Shown: positions 17,075 to 26,484 of the stretch, in pieces
Layout of the letters: each line of letters begins with the position of its first letter
How positions within the stretch are numbered: position 1 is the stretch's first letter
Sequence record: SRR22947727_3539
Length of the DNA: 32,712 nt
Strand: one strand, 5' to 3'
The notes under the pieces: generated by a model
The model's input: only the letters and a program-made list of their open reading frames with translations
Database searches by the model: none
Told to the model about the DNA's origin: nothing
Position numbers and translations under genes: made by a program

Positions 17075-19266
17075 ATGGTTAGATTTTTCCCTTCGGTATT
17101 CTGGATTTCCGCGCTCTTGCTTTGGCTTCCAAAGTGGTCAGCTGATGTCGTTTCGGCTCAGGGAGCGATTGAATCGAAAGGGGCAACATTAGTTCTGAAG
17201 TCCCGACCAGGCCGGGTTGATGACGTTTCGTTAAACCTCGAAAAGCCGGTTGATGTTATCGAGAATCAATCCCGTGAGGGATTCGTTTATCGTCTTGTCG
17301 ATATTCAAAAAAACATCGAAACGGATGAAGCATTTTTTTCGTTACGCGTATGAGTTTTTATCGGTCGCGGGAGTTCAAGACGATGCCGAAATTGTCATCG
17401 AGTATGATCCCGCCTACGAGACCTTGCAGGTGCATGGCGTGACGATTCATCGGGATGGGAAAAAGCTTGATGGCACAAAAGGCGCGCTGATTCGGGAAGT
17501 GAGACCGGCCGGAAGATGAATTTGATTCGGGACTGCTCTATGGCCACCGCAAATTGCTAATCATTCCCGCAGGGATTCGACTGGGTGACGTGATGGAATA
17601 CAGCTATTCAGTGGCCGGAGTGAATCCGTATTATCAGGGCAAGTTTTTCGATGAGGTTGAAATGAATTGGGAAACGCGTGTTTTGAAAAACCGCTACCGG
17701 TTAGTGAAAGCTCCAACTAAACGGCTGTTTTCTAAGAATCGGAATACCAAGGTTCAACCGATCAAACGTGCCTTCGGTGATTTGGAAGAATGGATTTGGA
17801 CGGCGGAAGATGTTCCTGCAGTGCATACGGAATTGACGACACCGAAGTGGTTTGATCCGTTTGCAATGATCGAACTGAGCGAGCTCGAAACATGGAATGA
17901 CGTTTCTAAATTGGGTGCCGTTCACTATCGATTTCCAGAAGAGGACGCGAGCGATGAATTGAAAAGCGTTGCCGAAAAACTGCGGTCTGATTTCGAATCC
18001 GAAGCAGAGAAGGTAACCGCAGCGATCCGGTTTGTACAAGACGAGATACGTTATGTTGGAATTGAAGAAGGCGGTCGCGCTTACATTCCAATTTCGCCGA
18101 ATGTGACGCTGGAACGAAGCTTCGGGGACTGCAAGGACAAGACGGTGTTGCTCAATGCGCTGTTGCGGGAACTTGGGATCGGCAGTTCACCGGTGTATGT
18201 CGAGATGGATGAGGGGCGTTCTCTTAGTGATCGTCTGCCGTCGCCTCTGGCGTTTGATCATGTGGTTTTGCGAATCGATTTGAAATCCGGAACCGCAGTG
18301 TATTGCGATTGCACGCAAACCCACGTTGGTGGCCTTGCAGGCGAATCGACTCCCTTTTCCGATTTTCATTTCGGGCTTCCGCTGTTCGATGACGATGCAG
18401 ATTTGACGGCGCTTCCGGGATCAAAGCCAACTGAGCATCGGAGCGAATCGTTAATCGAAATTTTTCCGGGAGACATTGGTGAACCCGCTCTGATGTCGGT
18501 CACGACGACGTTTTCTGGCAAAGGTGCCAATTCAAATCGTTACTATTCGGAGTCTGATTCAGCCGAGGCAACCAAGTTGGAATTTCTTGATTATTACCGC
18601 GAAGACTATGGCGATGTGACCGTGTTAGAGCCTCCGCTTTTGACGGATGTTCGGGATTACAACCTTCTTACCATCGTCGAATCATATCAGTTGGAATCGC
18701 CCTGGTTAGAAGATCTAACCGATCCCGGTTGGTATTCACTTCCGGTTTATTTGCGGGAAATTCGGGATCAGTTGGTTGAGCCGAGGCATGCGTTTCGGGA
18801 AACGCCGTTTCGTTTTTCGCATCCGAAAACAATTCATCAGGAAATGCGCATTCATCTTCCGATTCCCGAAGAATGGGAGTTCGAAGACGAATTACACTTT
18901 GTCGAAAGCCCTGCGTTCACCCTTCGGCGCGATGTGAAATTTGACGAAGACGCGGGTATCTTGTCGATCGTTTTAGATTTCAAATCACTCGCCGATCACA
19001 TTTTACCCGAGCAACTGCAGGCTCACGCGGATGCCGTCGATCCGGCGTATGAGCTGACTCGATACGATCTTTGGAGTCTAGATGACACAGGAACGGGAGG
19101 CGCAACGTATGGCACGGAAGATGATCATTATTCCGTCGCGGGAACATCGGAGGACACCTTTTTTGCGATGGCTGGCGGGGCCACCAACGGAGGCCTAATT
19201 GGTATTATCATGGGTGGCGGGATCGTTGGGCTGATTTGTTTTCTGGTGCGGAGAAAGCACGTTTAG
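17075..19266 (+). pseudogene. DUF3857 / transglutaminase-like membrane-anchored protein interrupted by two frameshifts
   Basis: Three overlapping frames join into one protein: TDEAFF|RYAYEF (T7 run 17333-17339) and REVRP|EDEFDSGLLYG (CCGGCCGG 17505-17512). Motifs GDVMEYSYS, VQDEIRY, FGDCKDK (Cys), FDHVV (His), YCDCT (Asp); C-terminal TM. About 730 aa if repaired. Confidence 0.85.
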
Positions 19267-19733
19267 TAGTATCCCTTTCTTGGTTTCGAGTCGAGTTCTC
19301 CGATTTCGGGGATAACGATTTGGCTGCCGAATCTAATCGTCATGTCAGGCTGGAGAACCGCTCGGTAGCGTTTTGAAATACAGGTCCATGTTGGATCGGT
19401 CCATTTTTTGTAAGTCGGGCCGGAATAATTTTCCGAATCAAAACCGGTGTAGCGATGCAACACGCCTTTTGAATTACGAATTTGAATGGGGCGATTGGGC
19501 CAATAAGGGCTTTCGAAATGGATGTTTGTAAATGAATGAACTGTCGACTGGGGAATCAGAAAGGTCTCATGGCTAAGGCGCGGAATTTTTTCATACTGGC
19601 AGCCGGTAATTTGCTGAAAAACAGGTTCGCCGGATAAATTATGGATGCGAACCGCGTTGCTGTGTCCAGCGCAGCAGGATGACAATATCGCAGCGGAAGT
19701 GGCGAGAAGCGAGAAGTTGAAAAACGAGGTCAT
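19263..19733 (-). CDS. Hypothetical lipoprotein
   Basis: About 156-aa ORF filling the gap; FSLLATSAAILSS|CC lipobox-like N-terminus. Start is ATG 19733 or GTG 19739. Its stop overlaps the convergent gene's stop. Confidence 0.65.
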   Translation of the reverse strand: MTSFFNFSLLATSAAILSSCCAGHSNAVRIHNLSGEPVFQQITGCQYEKIPRLSHETFLIPQSTVHSFTNIHFESPYWPNRPIQIRNSKGVLHRYTGFDSENYSGPTYKKWTDPTWTCISKRYRAVLQPDMTIRFGSQIVIPEIGELDSKPRKGYY

Positions 19734-19837
19734 TTTCACGATACGGCGACTTCAGTACGACCTTTCAAAAAGTTGTTTTCTTTCGTGCAGCGCGATTCCG
19801 CTCTTCACGTTTCTGTAAATTTTGATACGATCTATTC

Positions 19838-21970
19838 ATGCGTCCCTGTGTTTTATTTCTCCTGTCTCTGCTGACTGCGTCGCCATTAGTCGCGCAGTTT
19901 TCGGAAATCCCGACCGAACCCAAGTTGGGGGATACAATGTTGGCGACGTATTTTGAGGCGGAAACGAAGCGCGTTGCCAATCGATCGCTTGTAAATATCA
20001 AGACAGCCAAAGACTGGAACGATAACAAAGCCGCGTATCGCCGACAGCTGTTTGAAATGTTGGGGCTGCAGCCGCTTCCCGCCCGTTCAGATCTGGAGGC
20101 TGAGATTACGGGGACTCACGAGCGAGATGGCGTCGTTGTTGAGAATATTGTTTTTCAATCTCGTCCCGGACTTTACGTGACCGGAAATTTGTACCGGCCT
20201 AAAGATATTCCTGAAGGTGAAAAATTGCCGACGATACTCTACGTCTGCGGTCACGGAAAAGTGAAGGAAGACGGCGTCAGCTACGGAAACAAAGTTTACT
20301 ACCAGCACCATGGCACGTGGTTCGCTAAAAATGGATATGTGTGTCTGACTATCGATACCTTACAACTTGGAGAGATCGAAGGGACCCACCACGGCACTCA
20401 TCATGAGAATCGTTGGTGGTGGAATTCCCGGGGATATACTTCGGCCGGAGTGGAAGCTTGGAATTGCATCCGGGCGCTCGATTATTTGGAGACTCGTCCC
20501 GAGGTCGATGCGAAGAAAATTGGCGTGACTGGTCGTTCGGGAGGCGGTGCCTACAGCTGGTGGATTTCAGCGCTGGATGAACGAATCGCGGTTTCGGCTC
20601 CGGTCGCGGGAATTACCAGTTTAAAAAACCATGTGGTTGATGGCTGCGTCGAGGGGCACTGCGATTGCATGTTTCAGGTAAATACCTATCGCTGGGATTA
20701 TCCGATGATTGCTGCGTTGGTGGCTCCGCGACCGCTGATGATTCTGAATACGGACGACGACCGGATTTTTCCGCTGGATGGTGTTGTCGATGTCTTCCAG
20801 AAAACGCGTAAAGTTTACGAACTACTGGATGCGAAAGAGAATTTAGGGTTGTCGGTGTACCAGGGGGGGCATGCCGATACTCAGCCGCTTCGAGTTCCTG
20901 CGTTTCATTGGTTTGAACGACACCTGAAAGGCAAGAAAGCCAGCGATGAATTGGCTGACGCTTCTGCTCCCAAAATCTTCGAGCCAAAAGAATTGAAGGT
21001 TCTTGATTCCATTCCGGAGAACGAACGGAACACTGTGATCGACCAATATTTTACTCCGAGAATCGATCGTCGCTTAAAAGTCCCTGCATCAGCGGCTGAC
21101 TGGAAGGCGGACGCGAGCCTCATGAAAACTCGGTTGCGGTCGAAATCGTTTCGGGGCTGGCCTTCGCCGACGTTAGCAGGTGACTTGGAAACGATGAAAA
21201 TCTTTAAGAAAACGAGCGACGGTTTGGTTTTCACTCGTTACGCATTTAGCAGCCAAGCTCCATTTCGATTGCCGCTTTTTGTGGTTCATCGCCAGGGAAT
21301 TGATCCGGAGGATCTAGATTTAATTGTGTTGAACGTGCTCGATGAAAACACGTGGAATGATTTTCTCACAGGGATGGGGTCGAATTTCCCGGGAGGTTTT
21401 CCCCGGATCGAAAAACTGCCGCCGCTTGATAAAGAGCGTTTCGAAGCTGAGAAAAAAATGCATGCGAATATGAAATGGGGAATGGCCTATCTCGCACCGC
21501 GCGGCATTGGACCAACTGCCTGGACAGATGATCCAAAAGAACAGATTCACATTCGTCGTCGTTTTAATCTCCTGGGCCAAACGCTCGATGGCATGCGGGT
21601 GTGGGATACGCGTCGCGGAATTCAGGCGCTTCAACAAATCGGTGAAATGGAAAAGCCCAAATTGTGGCTTCAATCCAGCGGAGACATGGCAGGAAACACG
21701 CTCTATGCATCGCTGTTCGAAAAGAATATTCATCGGCTCGATCTCCACGACTTGCCGAATAGCCATCAGGATGGGCCGACTTACCTGAACATCTTGCGGT
21801 TCATGGATGTGCCTCATGCAGCAGCAATGGCCGCCGGGAAATCGCAGCTTCGGATCTATACGGATGACCAAAAGGAGTGGGAGTTTTTGACAAAGACAGC
21901 TGCAAAACTTGACTGGGATGAGAAGCAATTGCAGATCAGGAAAGTTGTGGAAGGGAAAAACGAGGAATGA
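19838..21970 (+). CDS. Secreted alpha/beta hydrolase (acetylxylan esterase / dienelactone hydrolase-like) with a second degenerate hydrolase domain
   Basis: Signal peptide; FQSRPGLYVTGNLYRP, RALDYLETRPEVD, GVTGRSGGG (nucleophile elbow), APRPL, DRIFP, GGH. The second half repeats the pattern (LAPRGIG, GMRVWD) without a clear GxSxG. Confidence 0.88.
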   Translation: MRPCVLFLLSLLTASPLVAQFSEIPTEPKLGDTMLATYFEAETKRVANRSLVNIKTAKDWNDNKAAYRRQLFEMLGLQPLPARSDLEAEITGTHERDGVVVENIVFQSRPGLYVTGNLYRPKDIPEGEKLPTILYVCGHGKVKEDGVSYGNKVYYQHHGTWFAKNGYVCLTIDTLQLGEIEGTHHGTHHENRWWWNSRGYTSAGVEAWNCIRALDYLETRPEVDAKKIGVTGRSGGGAYSWWISALDERIAVSAPVAGITSLKNHVVDGCVEGHCDCMFQVNTYRWDYPMIAALVAPRPLMILNTDDDRIFPLDGVVDVFQKTRKVYELLDAKENLGLSVYQGGHADTQPLRVPAFHWFERHLKGKKASDELADASAPKIFEPKELKVLDSIPENERNTVIDQYFTPRIDRRLKVPASAADWKADASLMKTRLRSKSFRGWPSPTLAGDLETMKIFKKTSDGLVFTRYAFSSQAPFRLPLFVVHRQGIDPEDLDLIVLNVLDENTWNDFLTGMGSNFPGGFPRIEKLPPLDKERFEAEKKMHANMKWGMAYLAPRGIGPTAWTDDPKEQIHIRRRFNLLGQTLDGMRVWDTRRGIQALQQIGEMEKPKLWLQSSGDMAGNTLYASLFEKNIHRLDLHDLPNSHQDGPTYLNILRFMDVPHAAAMAAGKSQLRIYTDDQKEWEFLTKTAAKLDWDEKQLQIRKVVEGKNEE

Positions 21971-23510
21971 CGGAGTTACGATTCAACAGGGTTGGTTCAT
22001 CGATCAGACAGTATCTGATCGTTGTGATGCATTTCGCGATCGCGTCGTGTGTCTGGGGGCAATTACTTCCGGATGAAGTTGCGATCGCAAAGGCCAAATT
22101 CCTTAAAAAGGCAGAGGCTGCGATGGGAAGCAAGCCGGTCGATTTAAACGAAAAATACGTGGCTGGTTTGCAGGCGTTGCAGGCGAAAAAACAATCTGCA
22201 GGCGATTTAGAGAGTGAGTTGGCGATCAAGAAAGAGATCGAAACGGTAGAGGCTACCGGCGCGTCGGGAACCGGGAAAGTGAGCAAATCGAGTGGGCTGG
22301 AGGAGTTACGGAAGATATACGGAGACTCCCGATTGAGGTGGAACAATTCACAAGTGGATGCGTTGGAAGCACTGAAAGCTGCATATCTTGCCAGCTTGAA
22401 AAAGATCACATCAGATTTTACGGAAGCTGGAAAGGTTGAAGAGGCGAGGGTGACGCGTGCCGAGGCGACGAAGGTTGCGGCGATTACGATTTTCGATTTT
22501 CAGAAAAAGCCGAATTCACCGGCGCCCGTTATTGCCGATGCAAATCCATCGGGCAAAAGAGCGGGCCAGGTTCGAGGTTTTGGGCGTTTGGCCACGTCGA
22601 AGTTCATTCCGGATTAAGTGGATTTTGATCTGACTTCACTCGAAAAATATTCAGATTTTGTGGATGTGGCGGGAAGTCCTTACGTGTTATTGTTCTGAAG
22701 AGCGGACGGGGATGTCTTAAATCATCAAGGGGACGTCATGGGTCAGGGAGCGGCGAAGCTGGTCGTTTCGGGCTCAACATGCGGCTACATCGATGCGAAG
22801 GGAAATTTTCAAGCGATAACGGATGGGGGCGCTCCGGATGAAGCGAATCCGATGAAAACGATGCGGAAATATTTTAATCGGCGGCTAGCCATCAATCAAA
22901 ATGGCGATGTGATCGGATGGGGCGGTGAGTATAACGACGGTAGCCGCTCTGTTCCTGAGCCAGCCCGCAAAAAGGTCAAACAGGTGGCGATGTTTTATGA
23001 CACTGATTTTGCCTTAACCGAGGATGGAAATCTGTATCGTTGGAGTAAAAAAGGGCTTCTCGATCAATCTGAAAAAATTCGATCGAATATCGAGAACATT
23101 TCGATTTTTGCATACACCGGTTTTGCTCTTTCTAAATTGAATGATCTGTATCGTTTGGACGGAAATCTGCCGCAGTATTGGAAAGAAAAGGCGAGAAATG
23201 TGATTTGTCGGGGGAGCTGGCGGCGATTCTCTCGATGGATTATCGATGGAATATTTTTGCCCACAGAAAGACCCCTATGGGGAATGAAATAGAAGTGCTG
23301 GGTATTGTGATGAATCGGCCCGAGACGATTGATGTTGAGTTCAATCCTTTTTATTCGGATTGGAAAAACAACAACACAGCAAGCTATGCGGTGTGGATTG
23401 AAGACGCAGGGACCCCGCAGCTTGATGTTACAAATGTGAAGTCGTTGCCCGCACCTCCCATCGCGCCGCGAAAGTCAGGAACTGGATTTTTTGGGACCGA
23501 ACTCGACTAA
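21967..23510 (+). pseudogene. Secreted protein with an N-terminal helical domain and RCC1/BLIP-II-like repeats, interrupted by TAA, TGA and a frameshift
   Basis: ATG overlaps the upstream TGA (ATGA). The frame reads FIPD*(22615)VDFDL...YVLLF*(22696)RADGDV...MGQG and joins ORF 22738 in frame. Repeats LAINQNGDVIGWG, FALTEDGNLYRW, FALSKLNDLYRL. A G5 run at 23210-23214 shifts to ELAAILS... About 514 aa if repaired. Confidence 0.75.
21979..22021. repeat. 43-bp palindromic element, degenerate right arm, inside the 5' end of a coding frame
   Basis: TTA-CGATTCAACAGGGTTGGTTCATCGATCAGACAGTATCTGATCG-T; the left 25 nt closely match the copy at 7789. Confidence 0.75.
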
Positions 23511-23573
23511 CCGGGCCGAAATACCGCACATTCGCTGAATTGACGATTGGCGTTTCTATCGCAGATTCATTCC

Positions 23574-23921
23574 GTGAGCGATTCTTCTCCTAAAAATCCC
23601 AAGCTGCTTTACTGCCGGTGCGCCTTTGCCCAGGTCGTGCCAAATGATACAAAAAATGAGGTGCTGGAGCGGCTTTGTAACTCGGGTACGAGCTTTGAAT
23701 CGGTGTCGGATCTGTGTGAAATGTCAGCTCGAAACGATCCGCGTTTGGAGCAGCTGATGGAAGGAGAAGAACCAGTGAAAATTGTGGCGTGTCATCGGCG
23801 GGCTGTGAAATGGCTTTTCCACAGCGGAGGCCAAACGTGGACCGAAGCAGACGAGGAACGAATCGAAGTGCTGAACATGCGTGAAGAATCAGCTGACGAA
23901 ATTTGCGACAAGATTTTATAA
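23574..23921 (+). CDS. Small Cys-motif protein resembling the N-terminal Fe-S domain of HdrA
   Basis: GTG at 23574 (ORF track starts at TTG 23547). YCRC...DLC...VAC...LNMRE parallels the HdrA N-terminal pattern CxC...LC/MC...AAC...NIRE. Confidence 0.75.
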   Translation: MSDSSPKNPKLLYCRCAFAQVVPNDTKNEVLERLCNSGTSFESVSDLCEMSARNDPRLEQLMEGEEPVKIVACHRRAVKWLFHSGGQTWTEADEERIEVLNMREESADEICDKIL

Positions 23922-23922
23922 A

Positions 23923-24792
23923 ATGAAAAACGAGACCACTCCATTTCAGGTTATTTTTTACGAAGGTGAGGGCGCTTTCTCGATCGCGAGCGACACCCGT
24001 TTTTCCGCGACATCGACGCTTCTGGATAAAGGGTATGCGGTCACGCGAGTGACTGACAAAAACGGCAATACGCTGACACAGCCTTCTCCCCACGTGCCGA
24101 TGATGGTGCTGGGCGATTTTTCGGGGAGTGCTCCGCAGCTCGAAGATGCGGCGGGTAAAACGCCGATTGAGTCCCGTGATATTTCGGGGCTCGATGCGGA
24201 TGCCATCGTGGCGCTTCTCGAAGGTGCGCGAGGCGAAAAGACCTTGGACTTAAATCAGCCGGGTGAAGCTGGAATGTGGAAGCCGTGGTTCCCTGTAATC
24301 GACTACGATCGCTGCACCAACTGCATGCAGTGCCTCAGTTTTTGCCTGTTCGATGTTTACGGCGTCGATGAGGAAAAGCAGATCCAGGTGCAGAACAACG
24401 ACAACTGTAAAACCAATTGTCCGGCTTGCTCGCGAGTTTGTCCAGAGGTAGCGATCATGTTTCCCAAATACGGTCAGGGGCCGATCAATGGAGACATCGT
24501 CAGCGAAACTGATGCGGGCCGCGAGAAGATGAAAGTGGATATCAGCTCGCTTCTCGGCGGTGATATTTATTCGAGTTTGAAAACCCGAAGCGAGAAGGCG
24601 AAATCGCGATTTTCTAAAGAGCGAAGTCCTGACAAAGCGTTGACCGAGCGCAAAAAGTGTCTCACAAAATTGCAGAAAGATGGATTCATCCCAGCTGAAG
24701 TGTTGGCGGAAATTGATCTCGCAAGCTTGCCGAGTCCTGAGGAAATCAAACGTAAGTCCGAGGAACTCGCGCGTCTCCAGGCGGAGGATTGA
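23923..24792 (+). CDS. 2x[4Fe-4S] ferredoxin-domain protein with uncharacterised N- and C-terminal extensions
   Basis: ATG at 23923, 1 bp after the upstream TAA. PVIDYDRCTNCMQCLSFC (Cx2Cx2Cx3C) and CKTNCPACSRVCP (Cx3Cx2Cx3CP). Confidence 0.88.
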   Translation: MKNETTPFQVIFYEGEGAFSIASDTRFSATSTLLDKGYAVTRVTDKNGNTLTQPSPHVPMMVLGDFSGSAPQLEDAAGKTPIESRDISGLDADAIVALLEGARGEKTLDLNQPGEAGMWKPWFPVIDYDRCTNCMQCLSFCLFDVYGVDEEKQIQVQNNDNCKTNCPACSRVCPEVAIMFPKYGQGPINGDIVSETDAGREKMKVDISSLLGGDIYSSLKTRSEKAKSRFSKERSPDKALTERKKCLTKLQKDGFIPAEVLAEIDLASLPSPEEIKRKSEELARLQAED

Positions 24793-24995
24793 GTTTATCC
24801 AAACGGGCCACAAATCCGTCCTCAATTTTCCGGCTGATCGGGGGCGTTTTGAGAGATGAAAAGCCGCCCTTGGCGAGATCTTGGGGAAACTCAGACGTGC
24901 AATTTACTTCTCGGAGTGGCTCAGCGAATGGGCGTGGGAAAGATAGCTTCGGAGACCCTACCACAGGCCTGAACGGGATCGGGTGAGTAAACGCA

Positions 24996-26441
24996 TCAAT
25001 GATGATCTCCATCAGGCTTATCACCTTCTTCTTCGTCCTCATCGTCCCGTTTTGGAATGCGGAGGAAACGCACCACTTTAACTGACTTTTCATCTGCGTC
25101 GGTGACGGTAGCTATAAAGCCTTCGATTTTTGCTTTTTCACCGACGGTCGGAAGGTGGCCGAGAACTTCGGTTATGTAACCGCCAACCGTGCTGACGTCG
25201 GGACTTGCGAGAACGAGTTCTTTAACTACGTCATCGAGTTCGTGAAGCGGGAAGGAGCCTTTGGCCACGAATTCGTCAACGCTGATGCGTTCAAATCCCA
25301 CTTCGTGATCTTCGTCGAATTCGTCCTGAATATCACCAACCACTTGATCGAGAACATCATCGAGCATGACGAGTCCCATGGAACCACCGTATTCGTCGAC
25401 GACCAGTGCCATATGTTCGCGGCTTTTCTGAAAACGAGTCAGAAGATCGTCGAGTGCAACTAATTCAGGAACGATCATGATATCGCGGCGAACTTCTTCG
25501 AGATTTGGCGTCTCGGTTTGCATCTCAATAATGATGTCCTTGATATGAACGAGCCCCTTCGTGTTATCAAGATGACCATCGACCAACGGAAACCGGGTAT
25601 GCTTCGAATCGAGGGCGATTTTCAGGTTTTCGTCGAATGAGTTACTGACATCGAGCGAGGTCACCTCGTTCCGCGGAGTGATGATATCGCGGGCGCTCAG
25701 CTCATTCAATTCGAGGGCGTTGATGAGGATTTCGTGCTCCCGCTTCGTCACTTCTTTGGCTTTTCCAGTTTCTTCAACGAGTAGCCGAAGTTCCCCCGCG
25801 CTGAAATCTCCTGGCGCGTGAGGATCAATCGGTTCGAGTTTGAAAATGACTTTCAATAGGAATGTGGCACACCAATTCAGTAACCAAACGGGGCCGCGAA
25901 AAATCAGAAAAAACCAATGCAAGGGACGGGCGCAAACCATCGAGGTGCCGAGCGACTTTCGAATCGCAAACACCTTGGGCATTTGTTCGCCGACGACAAC
26001 GTGAAGCACGGTGATGGCGGAGAGAGCGATGATCCAGGAAACGATGCGAACGGCATCTTCACCGAGGCCCATTTTATGAAATAATGATTCAAAAATACCG
26101 GCGATAAAAGGTTCGCTGACGGCCCCAAGGACGATTGAAGCAATCGTAATTCCCAGCTGACAAGCCGAGAGATACGGATCGAGGTGCTTTAAAATATGTT
26201 GAACGAGTATTGCGTTTTTCTTTCCGGCCTCGATTTCTGGATCGAGTTGGCTTTCCCTGACTTTAACGAGGGCGAATTCGGCTGCGACAAAAAATCCGTT
26301 TAGGAAAATAAAGAACAAGAGAAAAAATAACTCTTTGCCGAACTGGCCGCCGGTTATTCCTCCCTCCGTGAATGGTAAATGCGTTTGAATTTCTCCGCCT
26401 GCGGCTGAGGCGAGAATGAGGGTGCTCGAAATGAGTGACAT
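24996..26441 (-). CDS. HlyC/CorC (CNNM, DUF21-CBS-CorC) family transporter
   Basis: LNGFFVAAEFALV, CQLGITIAS, HVVVGEQMPK, CBS pair (HTRFPL, VVDEYGG), C-terminal CorC domain (STVGGYI). Confidence 0.95.
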   Translation of the reverse strand: MSLISSTLILASAAGGEIQTHLPFTEGGITGGQFGKELFFLLFFIFLNGFFVAAEFALVKVRESQLDPEIEAGKKNAILVQHILKHLDPYLSACQLGITIASIVLGAVSEPFIAGIFESLFHKMGLGEDAVRIVSWIIALSAITVLHVVVGEQMPKVFAIRKSLGTSMVCARPLHWFFLIFRGPVWLLNWCATFLLKVIFKLEPIDPHAPGDFSAGELRLLVEETGKAKEVTKREHEILINALELNELSARDIITPRNEVTSLDVSNSFDENLKIALDSKHTRFPLVDGHLDNTKGLVHIKDIIIEMQTETPNLEEVRRDIMIVPELVALDDLLTRFQKSREHMALVVDEYGGSMGLVMLDDVLDQVVGDIQDEFDEDHEVGFERISVDEFVAKGSFPLHELDDVVKELVLASPDVSTVGGYITEVLGHLPTVGEKAKIEGFIATVTDADEKSVKVVRFLRIPKRDDEDEEEGDKPDGDHH

Positions 26442-26484
26442 TTAGGGGCGTTATGGGATGCGAACGTGCGGATTTTACACGCAA

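Noticed and set aside
23574-24792. A true heterodisulfide reductase (hdrA) or methanogen-type pathway
   Set aside because: There is no FAD-binding GxGxxG domain and no hdrB/hdrC/mvhD nearby; only an isolated domain resemblance.
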